This document shows, one piece after another, positions 48,601-62,661 of a stretch of 64,000 nucleotides of DNA. The notes beneath the pieces are model-generated. The model was given only the letters and a program-made list of their open reading frames with translations, ran no database searches and was not told where the DNA came from. The stretch spans positions 85,374,001-85,438,000 of the forward strand of contig OZ024743.1 in the NCBI GenBank assembly GCA_964016885.1. The letters run 5' to 3'. The translations under genes and the position numbers were made by a program. Every line of letters starts with the position of its first letter. Positions within the stretch are counted from its first letter, which is position 1. This stretch comes from Eledone cirrhosa. Lineage: Eukaryota.

Positions 48601-51600
48601 TGTTGGTAGTTGTGGTGTTGCACGTACTGTTGTGTCTATGTATGTAGTTGTGGTGTTGTATGTAGTGTAGTATCTATGTTGGTAGTTGTTGTGTTGTATG
48701 TACTGTAGTGTCTATATTGCTAGTTGTGGTGTTGTATGTACTGTAGTCTCTATGTTGGTAGTTGTGGTGTTGTATGTACTGTAGAGTCTATGTTGGTAGT
48801 TGTCGTGTTATACATACTGTAGGGTCTATGTTGGTAGTTGTGGTGTTGTATGTAATGTAGTGTCTATGTTGGTGGTTGTGGTGTTGTACGTACTGTTGTG
48901 TCTATGTTGGTAGTTGTGGTGTTGTACGTACTATTGTGTGTATGTAGGTAGGTGTGATGGTGTATGTACTTTAGTGTCTATGTTGGTAGTTGTGGTGTTT
49001 TATGTACTGTAGTCTCTATGTTGGTAGTTGTGGGGTTGTAGTACTGAAGTGACTATGTTGGTAGTTGTGGTGTTGTATTTACTGTAGTGTCTATGTTAGT
49101 AGTTGTGGTGTTGTATGTAATGTAGTGTCTGTATTGGTAGTTGTGGTGTTGTATGTACTGTAGTGTCTATGGTGGTAGTTGTGGTAGTTGTATATACTGT
49201 AGTGTCTATGTTGGCAGTTGTGGTGTTGTATTACTGTAGTGTCTATCTTGGTAGTTGTGGTGTTGTATGTACTGTAGTGTCTATGGTGGTAGTTGTGGTG
49301 TTGTATGTACTATAGTATCTATGTTGGTGGTTGTGGTGCTGTATGTACTGTAGTGTTTATGTTGGTAGTTGTGGTGTTGTACATACTGTAGTGTCTATCT
49401 TGGTAGTTGTGGTGTTATATTTACTGTAGTGTCTATGTAGGTAGTTGTGGTGTTGTATGTACTGTAGTGTCTATGTTGGTTGTTGTGGTGTTGTATGTAA
49501 TGTAGTGTCTGTATTGGTAGTTGTGATGTTATATGTTCTGTAGTTTCTATGTTGGTAGTTGTGGTGTTGTATGTACTGTAGTGTCTATGTTGGTGTTTGT
49601 GGTGTTGTACGTACTGTAATGTCTATGTTGGTAGTTGTGGTGTTGTATGTAATGTAGTGTCTATGTTGGTAGTTGTGGTGTTATATGTAATGTAGTGTCA
49701 ATATTGGTAGTTGTGGTGTTATATGTACTGTAGTGTCTATGTTGGTGGTTGTGGTGTTGTATGTACTGTAGTGTCTATGTTAGTAGTTGTGGTGTTGTAT
49801 GTACGATAGTGTCTATGTTGGTAGTTGTGGTGTTGTATGTACTGTAGTGTCTATGTTGGTAGTTGTGATGTTGTATGTACTATAATGTCTATGTTGGTAG
49901 TTGTGGTGTTGTATGTACTGTAGTGTCTATGGTGGTAGTTGTGGTGTTGTATGTACAGTAGTGTCTATGTTGGTGGTTGTGGTGTTGTATGTACTGTAGT
50001 GTCTATTTTGGGAGCTGTGGCATTGTATGCACTGTAGTGTCTATATTGGGAGCTGTGGTGTTGTATGTAGTGTAGTGTCTATATTGGAAGTTGTGGGGTT
50101 GTATGTAGTGTTGTGTCCATGTTGGTAGTTGTGGTGTTGCATGTACTGTTGTGTCTATGTTGGTAGTTGTGCTGTTGTAGGTACTGTAGTGTCTATGTTG
50201 GTAGTTGTGGTCTTGTATGTATTGTAGTGTCTATGTTCGTAGTTGTGGTGTTGTATGTACTGTAGTGTCTATGTTGGTAGTTGTGGTGTTGTATGTACTG
50301 TAGTGTCTATGTTGGTAGTTGTGGTGTTGTACGTACTGTTGTGTCTATGATCGTAGTTGTGGTGTTGTACGTACTGTTGTGTGTATGTAGGTAGGTGTAG
50401 TGTTGTATGTACTATAGTGTCTATGTTGGTAGTGGTGGTGTTTTATGTACTGTGGTATCTATGTTGGTAGTTGTGGTGTTGGACATACTGTTGTGTCTAT
50501 GTTGGTGGTTGTGGTGTTGTATGTACTGCAGTGTCTATGTTGGTAGTTGTGGTGTTGTATGTAATGTAGTGTCTATATTGGTAGTTGTGGAGTTGTATGT
50601 ACTGTAGTGTCTATGTTGGTAGCTGTGGTGTTGTAGTACTGTAGTGTCTATGTTGGTAGTTGTGGTGTTGCACGTACTGTTGTGTCTATGTTGGTAGTTG
50701 TGCTGTTGTAGGTACTGTAGTGTCCATGTTGGTAGTTGTGGTGTTGCACGTACTGTTGTGTCTATGTTGGTAGTTGTGGTGTTGTATGTAGTGTAGTATC
50801 TATGTTGGTAGTTGTTGTGTTGCATGTACTGTAGTGTCTATATTGCTAGTTGTGGTGTTGTATGTACTGTAGTGTCTATGTTGGTAGTTGTGGTGTTGTA
50901 TGTACTGTAGAGTCTATGTTGGTAGTTGTCGTGTTATACATACTGTAGTGTCTATGTTGGTAGTTGTGGTGTTGTATGTAATGTAGTGTCTATGTTGGTG
51001 GTTGTGGTGTTGTACGTACTGTTGTGTCTACGTTGGTAGTTGTGGTGTTGTACGTACTGTTGTGTGTATGTAGGGAGGTGTGGTGGTGTATGTACTTTAG
51101 TGTCTATGTTGGTAGTTGTGGTGTTTTATGTACTGTAGTCTCTATGTTGGTAGTTGTGGTGTTGTAGTACTGTAGTGACTATGTTGGTAGTTGTGGTGTT
51201 GTATGTACTGTAGTGTCTATGGTGGTAGTTGTGGTAGTTGTATATACTGTAGTGTCTATGTTGGCAGTTGTGGTGTTCTATAACTGTAGTGTCTATCTTG
51301 GTAGTTGTGGTGTTGTATGTACTGTAGTGTTTATGTTGGTAGTTGTGGTGTTGTATTTACTGTAGTGTCTATGTAGGTAGTTGTGGTGTTGCATGTACTA
51401 TAGTATCTATGTTGGGGGTTGTGGTGCTGTATGTACTGTAGTGTTTATGTTGGTAGTTGTGGTGTTGTACATACTGTAGTGTCTATCTTGGTAGTTGTGG
51501 TGTTGTATTTACTGTAGTGTCTATGTAGGTAGTTGTGGTGTTGCATGTACTATAGTATCTATGTTGGGGGTTGTGGTGCTGTATGTACTGTAGTGTTTAT

Positions 51601-54600
51601 GTTGGTAGTTGTGGTGTTGTACATACTGTAGTGTCTATCTTGGTAGTTGTGGTGTTATATTTACTGTAGTGTCTATGTAGGTAGTTGTGGTGTTGTATGT
51701 ACTGTAGTGTCTATGTTGGTTGTTGTGGTGTTGTATGTAATGTAGTGTCTGTATTGGTAGTTGTGATGTTATATGTACTGTAGTATCTATGTTGGTAGTT
51801 GTGGTGTTGTATGTACTGTAGTGTCTATGGTGGTAGTTGTGCAGTTGTAGGTACTGTAGTGTCTATATTGATAGTTGTGGTGTTGTATATACTGTAGTGT
51901 CTATGTTGGTAGTTGTGGTGTTGTATGTAGTGTAGTATCTATGTTGATAGTTGTGGTGTTGTAAGTACTGTAGTGTCTATGTTGGTAGTTGTGGTGTTTT
52001 ATGTACTGTAGTGTCTATGTTGGTAGATGTGCTGTTTTATGTACTGTAGTGTATATGTTGGTAATTGTGGTGTTTTATGTACCGTAATGTCTATGTTGGT
52101 GGTTGTGGTGTTATGTGTACTGTAGTGTCTATGTTGGTAGTTGTGGTGTTGTATGTACTGTAGTGTCTATGTTGGTGGTTGTGGTGTTGTATGTAGTGTA
52201 GTATCTATGGTGATAGTTGTGGTCTTGTATGTACTGTAGTGTCTATGTTGGTAGTTGTGGAGTTGTATGTACTGTAGTGTCTATATTGTTAGTTGTGGTA
52301 TTGTATGTACTGTAGTATCTATGGTGATAGTTGTGGTCTTGTATGTACTGTAGTGTCTATGTTGGTAGTTATGGAGTTGTATGTACTGTAGTGTCTATGT
52401 TGGTTGTTGTCGTGTTGTACGTACTGTTGTGTCTATGATCGTAGTTGTGGTGTTGTACGTACTGTTGTGTGTATGTAGGTAGGTGTAGTGTTGTATGTAC
52501 TATAGTGTCTATGTTGGTAGTTGTGGTAGTTGTATATACTGTAGTGTCTATCTTGGTAGTTGTGGTGTTGTATGTACTGTAGTGTCTATGGTGGTAGTTG
52601 TGGTGTTGTATGTACTATAGTATCTATGTTGGTGGTTGTGGTGCTGTATGTACTGTAGTGTTTATGTTGATAGTTGTGGTTTTGTACATACTGTAGTGTC
52701 TATCTTGGTAGTTGTGGTGTTGTATTTACTGTAGTGTCTATGTAGGTAGTTGTGGTGTTTTATGTACTGTAGTGTCTATGTTGGTAGTTGTGGTGTTGTA
52801 TGTACTGTAGTGTCTATGTTGGTAATTGTGGTGTTTTATGTACCGTAATGTCTATGTTGGTGGCTGTGGTGTTATGTGTACTGTAGTGTCTATGTTGGTA
52901 GTTGTGGTGTTGTATGTACTGTAGTGTCTATGTTGGTGGTTGTGGTGTTGTATGTACTGTAGTATCTATGGTGATAGTTGTGGTCTTCTATGTACTGTAG
53001 TGTCTATGTTGGTAGTTATGGAGTTGTATGTACTGTAGTGTCTATATTGTTAGTTGTGGTATTGTATGTACTGTAGTGTCTATGTTGGTAGTTGTCGTGT
53101 TGTACGTACTGTTGTGTCTATGATCGTGGTTGTGGTGTTGTACGTACTGTTGTGTGTATGTAGGTAGGTGTAGTGTTGTATGTACTATAGTGTCTATGTT
53201 GGTAGTTGTGGTGTTGTATGTACTATAGTGTCTATGTTGGTAGTTGTGGTGTTTTATGTACTGTGGCATCTATGTTGGTAGTTGTGGTGTTGTACGTACT
53301 GTTGTGTCTATGTTGGTGGTTGTGGTGTTGTATGTACTGCAGTGTCTATGTTGGTAGTTGTGGTGTTGTATGTAATGTAGTGTCTATGGTGGTAGTTGTG
53401 GAGTTGTATGTACTGTAGTGTGTATGTTGGTAGCTGTGGTGTTGTAGTACTGTAGTGTCTATGTTGGTAGTTGTGCTGTTGTAGGTATTCTAGCGTCTAT
53501 ATTGGTAGTTGTGTTGTTATATGTACGGTAGTTTCTATGGTGGTAGTTGTGGTGTTGTATGTAGTGTAGTATCTATGTTGGTAGTTGTTGTGTTGTATGT
53601 ACTGTAGTGTCTATGTTGGTAGTTGTGGTGTTATACATACTGTAGTGTCTATGTTGGTAGTTGTGGTGTTATACATACTGTAGTGTCTATGTTGGTAGTT
53701 GTGGTGTTGTATGTACTGTAGAGTCTATGTTGGTAGTTTTCGTGTTATACATACTGTAGTGTCTATGTTGGTAGTTGTGGTGTTGTATGTAATGTAGTGT
53801 CTATGTTGGTGGTTGTGGTGTTGTACGTACTGTTGTTTGTATGTGGGTAGGTGTGGTGGTGTATGTACTTTAGTGTCTATGTTGGTACTTGTGGTGTTTT
53901 ATGTACTGTAGTTTCTATGTTGGTAGTTGTGGTGTTGTAGTACTGTAGTGTCTATGTTGGTAGTTGTGGTGTTGTATTTACTGTAGTGTCTATGTTAGTA
54001 GTTGTGGTGTTGTATGTAATGTAGTGTCTGTATTGGTAGTTGTGGTGTTTATGTACTGTAGTGTCTATGGTGGTAGTTGTCGTGTTATACATACTGTAGT
54101 TTCTATGTTGGTAGTTGTGGTGTTATACATACTGTAGTGTCTATGTTGGTAGTTGTGGTGTTGTATGTAATGTAGTGTCTATGTTGGTGGTTGTGGTGTT
54201 GTACGTAATGTTGTTTGTATGTGGGTAGGTGTGGTGGTGTATGTACTTTAGTGTCTATGTTGCTACTTGTGGTGTTTTATGTACTGTAGTCTCTATGTTG
54301 GTAGTTGTGGTGTTGTAGTACTGTAGTGTCTATGTTAGTAGTTGTGGTGTTGTATGTAATGTAGTGTCTGTATTGGTAGTTGTGGTGTTATAGGAACTGT
54401 AGTGTCTATGGTGGTAGTTGTGGTGTTGTATGTACTATAGTATCTATGTTGGTGGTTGTGGTGCTGTATGTACTGTAGTGTTTATGTTGGTAGTTGTGGT
54501 GTTGTACATACTGTAGTGTCTATCTTGGTAGTTGTGGTGTTGTATTTACTGTAGTGTCTATATAGCTAGTTGTGGTGTTGTATGTACTATAGTATCTATG

Positions 54601-57600
54601 TTGGTGGTTGTGGTGCTGTATGTACTGTAGTGTTTATGTTGGTAGTTGTGGTGTTGTACATACTGTAGTGTCTATCTTGGTAGTTGTGGTGTTATATTTA
54701 CTGTAGTGTCTATGTAGGTAGTTGTGGTGTTGTATGTACTGTAGTGTCTATGTTGGTTGTTGTGGTGTTGTATGTAATGTAGTGTCTGTATTGGTAGTTG
54801 TGATGTTATATGTACTGTAGTGTCAATGTTGGTAGTTGTGGTGTTGTATGTACTGTAGTGTCTATGTTGGTGTTTGTGGTGTTGTACATACTGTAATGTC
54901 TATGTTGGTAGTTGTGGTGTTATATGTAATGTAGTGTCAATGTTGGTAGTCGTGGTGTTATATATACTGTAGTGTCTATGTTGGTGGTTGTGGTGTTGTA
55001 TGTACTGTAGTTTCTATGTTGGTAGTTGTGTTGTTGTATGTACGATAGTGTCTATGTTGGTAGTTGTGATGTTGTATGTACTATAATGTCTATGTTGGTA
55101 GTTGTGATGTTGTATGTACTGTAGTGTCTATGGTGGTAGTTGTGGTGTTGTATGTACTGTAGTGTCTATGTTGGTTGTTGTGGTGTTTAACATACTGTAG
55201 TGTCTATGTTGGTAGTTGTGATGTTGTATGTACTGTAGTGTCTATATCAGTAGTTGTGGTGTTGTAGTACTGTAGTGTCTATGTTGGTAGTTGTGGTGTT
55301 GTATTTACTGTAGTGTCTATGTTGGTAATTGTGGTGTTGTATGTACTGTAGTGTCTATTTTGGGAGCTGTGGTGTTGTATGTACTGTAGTGTCTATTTTG
55401 GGAGCTGTGGTGTTGTATGTACTGTAGTGTCTATATTGGAAGTTGTGGGGTTGTATGTAGTGTCGTGTCCATGTTGGTAGTTGTGGTGTTGCACGTACTG
55501 TTGTGTCTATGTTGGTAGTTGTGCTGTTGTAGGTACTGTAGTGTCTATGTTGGTAGTTGTGGTCTTGTAGTGTCTATGTTCGTAGTTGTGGTGTTGTATG
55601 TACTGTAGTGTCTATGTTGGTAGTTGTGGTGTTGTATGTACTGTAGTGTCTATGTTGGTAGTTGTGGTGTTGTACGTACTGTTGTGTCTATGATCGTAGT
55701 TGTGGTGTTGTACGTACTGTTGTGTGTATGTAGGTAGGTGTAGTGTTGTATGTACTGTAGTTTCTATGTTGGTAGTTGTGGTGTTTTATGTACTGTGGTA
55801 TCTATGTTGGTAGTTGTGGTGTTGTACGTACTGTTGTGTCTATGTTGGTGGTTGTGGTGTTGTATGTACTGCAGTGTCTATGTTGGTAGTTGTGGTGTTG
55901 TATGTAATGTTGTGTCTATGGTGGTAGTTGTGGAGTTGTATGTACTGTAGTGTCTATGTTGGTAGCTGTGGTGTTGTAGTACTGTAGTGTCTATGTTGGT
56001 AGTTGTGGTGTTGCACGTACTGTTGTGTCTATGTTGGTAGTTGTGCTGTTGTAGGTACTGTACTGTCCATGTTGGTAGTTGTTGTGTTGTATGTACTGTA
56101 GTGTCTATATTGCTAGTTGTGGTGTTGTATGTACTGTAGTGTCTACGTTGGTAGTTGTGGTGTTGTATGTACTGTAGTGTCTATGTTGGTTGTTGTGGTG
56201 TTTAACATACTGTAGTGTCTATGTTGGTAATTGTGGTGTTGTATGTACTGTAGTGTCTATTTGGGGAGCTGTGGTGTTGTATGTACTGTAGTGTCTATAT
56301 TGGAAGTTGTGGGGTTGTATGTAGTGTCGTGCCCATGTTGGTAGTTGTGGTGTTGCACGTACTGTTGTGTCTATGTTGGTAGTTGTGCTGTTGTAGGTAC
56401 TGTAGTGTCTATGTTGGTAGTTGTGGTCTTGTATGTATTGTAGTGTCTATGTTGGTAGTTGTGGTGTTTTATGTAATGTAGTGTCTATGTTGGTGGTTGT
56501 GGTGTTGTACGTACTGTTGTTTGTATGTGGGTAGATGTGGTGGTGTATGTACTTTAGTGTCTATGTAGGTACTTGTGGTGTTTTATGTACTGTAGTCTCT
56601 ATGTTGGTAGTTGTGGTGTTGTAGTACTGTAGTGTCTATGTTAGTAGTTGTGGTGTTGTATGTAATGTACTGTCTGTATTGGTAGTTGTGGTGTTGTATG
56701 TACTGTAGTGTCTATGGTGGTAGTTGTGGTGTTGTATATACTGTAGTGTCTATGTTGGCAGTTGTGGTGTTGTATTACTGTAGTGTCTATATCGTTAGTT
56801 GTGGTGTCATAGGAACTGTAGTGTCTATGGTGGTAGTTGTGGTATTGTATGTACTATAGTATCTATGTTGGTGGTTGTGGTGCTGTATGTACTGTAGTGT
56901 TTATGTTGGTAGTTGTGGTGTTGTACATACTGTAGTGTCTATCTTGGTAGTTGTGGTGTTGTATTTACTGTAGTGTCTATATAGCTAGTTGTGGTGTTGT
57001 ATGTACTATAGTATCTATGTTGGTGGTTGTGGTGCTGTATGTACTGTAGTGTTTATGTTGGTAGTTGTGGTGTTGTACATACTGTAGTGTCTATCTTGGT
57101 AGTTGTGGTGTTATATTTACTGTAGTGTCTATGTAGGTAGTTGTGGTGTTGTATGTACTGTAGTGTCTATGTTGGTTGTTGTGGTGTTGTATGTAATGTA
57201 GTGTCTGTATTGGTAGTTGTGATGTTATATGTACTGTAGTGTCAATGTTGGTAGTTGTGGTGTTGTATGTACTGTAGTGTCTATGTTGGTGTTTGTGGTG
57301 TTGTACATACTGTAATGTCTATGTTGGTAGTTGTGGTGTTATATGTAATGTAGTGTCAATGTTGGTAGTCGTGGTGTTATATATACTGTAGTGTCTATGT
57401 TGGTGGTTGTGGTGTTGTATGTACTGTAGTTTCTATGTTGGTAGTTGTGTTGTTGTATGTACGATAGTGTCTATGTTGGTAGTTGTGGTGTTGTATGTAC
57501 TGTAGTGTCTATGTTGGTAGCTGTGGTGTTGTAGTACTGTAGTGTCTATGTTGGTAGTTGTGGTGTTGCACGTACTGTTGTGTCTATGTTGGTAGTTGTG

Positions 57601-60600
57601 CTGTTGTAGGTACTGTACTGTCCATGTTGGTAGTTGTTGTGTTGTATGTACTGTAGTGTCTATATTGCTAGTTGTGGTGTTGTATGTACTGTAGTGTCTA
57701 TGTTGGTAGTTGTGGTGTTGTATGTACTGTAGAGTCTATGTTGGTAGTTGTCGTGTTATACATACTGTAGTGTCTATGTTGGTAGTTGTGGTGTTGTATG
57801 TAATGTAGTGTCTATGTTGGTGGTTGTGGTGTTGTACGTACTGTTGTTTGTATGTGGGTAGATGTGGTGGTGTATGTACTTTAGTGTCTATGTAGGTACT
57901 TGTGGTGTTTTATGTACTGTAGTCTCTATGTTGGTAGTTGTGGTGTTGTAGTACTGTAGTGTCTATGTTAGTAGTTGTGGTGTTGTATGTAATGTACTGT
58001 CTGTATTGGTAGTTGTGGTGTTGTATGTACTGTAGTGTCTATGGTGGTAGTTGTGGTGTTGTATATACTGTAGTGTCTATGTTGGCAGTTGTGGTGTTGT
58101 ATTACTGTAGTGTCTATATCGTTAGTTGTGGTGTTATAGGAACTGTAGTGTCTATGGTAGTAGTTGTGGTATTGTATGTACTATAGTATCTATGTTGGTG
58201 GTTGTGGTGCTGTATGTACTGTAGTGTTTATGTTGGTAGTTGTGGTGTTGTACATACTGTAGTGTCTATCTTGGTAGTTGTGGTGTTGTATTTACTGTAG
58301 TGTCTATATAGCTAGTTGTGGTGTTGTATGTACTATAGTATCTATGTTGGTGGTTGTGGTGCTGTATGTACTGTAGTGTTTATGTTGGTAGTTGTGGTGT
58401 TGTACATACTGTAGTGTCTATCTTGGTAGTTGTGGTGTTATATTTACTGTAGTGTCTATGTAGGTAGTTGTGGTGTTGTATGTACTGTAGTGTCTATGTT
58501 GGTTGTTGTGGTGTTGTATGTAATGTAGTGTCTGTATTGGTAGTTGTGATGTTATATGTACTGTAGTGTCAATGTTGGTAGTTGTGGTGTTGTATGTACT
58601 GTAGTGTCTATGTTGGTGTTTGTGGTGTTGTACATACTGTAATGTCTATGTTGGTAGTTGTGGTGTTATATGTAATGTAGTGTCAATGTTGGTAGTCGTG
58701 GTGTTATATATACTGTAGTGTCTATGTTGGTGGTTGTGGTGTTGTATGTACTGTAGTTTCTATGTTGGTAGTTGTGGTGTTGTATGTACTGTAGTGTCTA
58801 TGTTGGTAGTTGTGATGTTGTATGTACTATAATGTCTATGTTGGTAGTTGTGGTGTTGTATGTACTGTAGTGTCTATGGTGGTAGTTGTGGTGTTGTATG
58901 TACTGTAGTGTCTATGTTGGTTGTTGTGGTGTTTAACATACTGTAGTGTCTATGTTGGTAGTTGTGATGTTGTATGTACTGTAGTGTCTATATCAGTAGT
59001 TGTGGTGTTGTAGTACTGTAGTGTCTATGTTGGTAGTTGTGGTGTTGTATTTACTGTAGTGTCTACGTTGGTAATTGTGGTGTTGTATGTACTGTAGTGT
59101 CTATTTTGGGAGCTGTGGTGTTGTATGTACTGTAGTGTCTATTTTGGGAGCTGTGGTGTTGTATGTACTGTAGTGTCTATATTGGAAGTTGTGGGGTTGT
59201 ATGTAGTGTCGTGCCCATGTTGGTAGTTGTGGTGTTGCACGTACTGTTGTGTCTATGTTGGTAGTTGTGCTGTTGTAGGTACTGTAGTGTCTATGTTGAT
59301 AGTTGTGGTCTTGTATGTATTGTAGTGTCTATGTTCGTAGTTGTGGTGTTGTACGTACTGTTGTGTCTATGATCGTAGTTGTGGTGTTGTACATACTGTT
59401 GTGTGTATGTAGGTAGGTGTAGTGTTGTATGTACTGTAGTGTCTATGTTGGTAGTTGTGGTGTTTTATGTACTGTGGTATCTATGTTGGTAGTTGTGGTG
59501 TTGTACGTACTGTTGTGTCTATGTTGGTGGTTGTGGTGTTGTATGTACTGCAGTGTCTATGTTGGTAGTTCTGGTGTTGTATGTAATGTAGTGTCTATGG
59601 TGGTAGTTGTGGAGTTGTATGTACTGTAGTGTCTATGTTGGTAGCTGTGGTGTTGTAGTACTGTAGTGTCTATGTTGGTAGTTGTGGTGTTGCACGTACT
59701 GTTGTGTCTATGTTGGTAGTTGTGCTGTTGTAGGTACTGTACTGTCCATGTTGGTAGTTGTTGTGTTGTATGTACTGTAGTGTCTATATTGCTAGTTGTG
59801 GTGTTGTATGTACTGTAGTGTCTATGTTGGTAGTTGTGGTGTTGTATGTACTGTAGAGTCTATGTTGGTAGTTGTCGTGTTATACATACTGTAGTGTCTA
59901 TGTTGGTAGTTGTGGTGTTGTATGTAATGTAGTGTCTATGTTGGTGGTTGTGGTGTTGTACGTACTGCTGTGTCTATGTTGGTAGTTGTGGTGTTGTACG
60001 TACTATTGTGTGTATGTAGGTAGGTGTGGTGGTGTATGTACTTTAGTGTCTATGTTGGTAGTTGTGGTGTTTTATGTACTGTACTCTCTATGTTAGTAGT
60101 TGTGGTGTTGTATGTAATGTAGTGTCTGTATTGGTAGTTGTGGTGTTGTATGTACTGTAGTGTCTATGGTGGTAGTTGTGGTAGTTGTATATACTGTAGT
60201 GTCTATGTTGGCAGTTGTGGTGTTGTATTACTGTAGTGTCTATCTTGGTAGTTGTGGTGTTGTATGTACTGTAGTGTCTATGGTGGTAGTTGTGGTGTTG
60301 TATGTACTATAGTATCTATGTTGGTGGTTGTGGTGCTGTATGTACTGTAGTGTTTATGTTGGTAGTTGTGGTGTTGTACATACTGTAGTGTCTATCTTGG
60401 TAGTTGTGGTGTTATATTTACTGTAGTGTCTATGTAGGTAGTTGTGGTGTTTAACATACTGTAGTGTCTATGTTGGTAGTTGTGATGTTGTATGTACTGT
60501 AGTGTATATGTTGGTAGTTGTGGTGTTGTACGTAATGTAGTGTCTATGTTGGTAGTTGTGGTGTTGTATTTACTTTAGTGTCTATGTTGGTAGTTGTGGT

Positions 60601-62347
60601 GTTGTATGTACTGTAGTGTCTATGTTGGTAGTTGTGGTGTTGTATTTACTGTAGTGTCTATGTTGGTAGTTGTGGTGATGTATGTACTGTAGTGTCTATG
60701 TTGGTGGTTGTGGTGTTGTATGTACTGTAGTGTCTATGGTGGTAGTTGTAGTGTTGTATGTACTGTAGTGTCTATGTTGGTAGTTGTGGTGTTGTATGTA
60801 GTGTAGTGACTATGTTGATAGTTGTGTTGTTGTATGTACTGTAGTGTCTATGTTGGTAGTTGTGCTGTTGTAGTATGTAGTGTCTATGTTGGTAGTTGTG
60901 GTGTTGTATGTAATGTAGTATCTATGGTGGTAGTTGTGGTGTTGTACATACTGTAGTGTCTATGTTGGTAGTTGTGGTGTTTTATTTAATGTAGTGTCCA
61001 TGTTGGTAGTTGTGGTGTTGTATGTAATGTAGTGTCTGTATTGGTAGTTGTGGTGTTGTACGTACTGTAGTGTCTATGTGGGTAGTTGTGGTGTTATATA
61101 TACAGTAGACTCTATGTTGGTAGTTGTGGTGTTGTAGTACTGTAGTGTCTATATCATTAGTTGTGGTCTTATAGTTACTGTAGTGTCTCTGTTGGTGGTT
61201 GTGGTGTTGTATGTACTGTAGTGTCTATGTTGGTAGTTGTGGTGTTGTATGTACTGTAGTGTCTATGTTAGTAGTTGTGGTGTTGTACATACTATAGTGT
61301 CTATGTTGGTAGTTGTGGTGTTGTATGTACGATAGTGTCTATGTTGGTAGTTGTGGTGTTGTATGTACTGTAGTGTCTATGTTGGTAGTTGTGATGTTGT
61401 ATGTACTGTTTTGTCTATGTTGGTAGTTGTGGTGTTGTATGTACTGTAGTATCTATGTTGGTAGTTGTGGTGTTGTAAGTACTATAATGTCTATGTTGGT
61501 AGTTGTGGTGTTGTATGTACTGTAGTGTCTATGTTAGTAGTTGTGATGTTGTATGTACTGTAGTGTCTATGTTGGTGGTTGTGGTGTTGTATGTACTGTA
61601 GTGTCTATGTTGGTAGTTGTGATGTTGTATGTACTCTAGTGTATATGTTGGTAGTTGTGATGTTGTATGTACTGTAGTGTCTATGTTGGTAGTTGTGGTG
61701 GTGTATGTACTGTAATGTCTATGTTGGTATTTGTGGTGTTGTATGTACTGTAGTGTCTATGTTGGTAGTTGTGGTGTTGTATGTACTGTAGTGTCTATGT
61801 TGGTGGTTGTGGTGTTGTATGTACTGTAGTGTCTATGTTGGTAGTTGTGGTGTCGTATGTACTGTAGCGTCTATGTTGGTAGTTGTGGTGTCGTATGTAC
61901 TGTAGCGTCTATGTTGGTCGTTGTGGTGTTGTATGTACTGTAATGTCTATGTTGGTAGTTGTGGTGTTGTATTTACTGTAGTGTCTATGTTGGTAGTTGT
62001 GGTGTTGTATATACTGTAGTCTCTAATGTTGGTAGTTGTGGTGTTGTATGTACTGTAGTGTCTATGTTGGTGGTTGTGGTGTTGTATGTACTGTCGTGTT
62101 GATGGTTGTGGTGTTGTATATACTGTAGTGTCTATGTTGGTAGTTGTGGTGTTGTATGTACTGTCGTGTCTATGTTGGTGGTTGTGGTGTTGTATATACT
62201 GTAGTGTCTATGTTGGTAGTTGTGGTGTTGTATGTACTGTAGTGTCTATGTTGGTGGTTGTGGTGTTGTATGTACTGTAGTGTCTATGTTGGTAGTTGTG
62301 GTGTTGTATGTACTGTAGTGTCTATGTTGGTGGTTGTGGTGTTGTAT

Positions 62348-62661
62348 TATAGCGGAATACTAGTGTGTATGAATGTAACAAGGAGACATGGTTTGTGTGT
62401 ATAATATTTAATCAACAATTTAACAGTATAGTTGACATGTCAATGAATAAACGAAAGAATGAAGCAAAGTTAGTAGTTACCGTTTTGATTGCCAAGCAAA
62501 CGCGGCTGGCAGAAGACGCCAGGCGAAGGCCAGGCGCCGGAAGGGCAAAAGCGAGAGTGAGAACTTAAAGTTGTTAGTTTTATAGGGTTCTGACCGGAAG
62601 TTACAGAAAGCGTTCTACTTCCTGTCTAGATGGTGTAATCTATTGGGGTTGTGAGTGTACA
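62348..62661 (-). mobile_element. Solo LTR (314 bp) in the satellite
   Basis: 4-bp TSD gtat (62344-62347 and 62662-62665); minus strand starts TGTAC; TATAAAA and ATTAAA; shares ccggaagttaca and ctacttcc(c)tgtctaga with the Gypsy LTRs. Confidence 0.8.

Noticed and set aside
62365-62568. 67-aa ORF in the satellite insertion
   Set aside because: Lies antisense within the solo LTR and has no recognisable domain.
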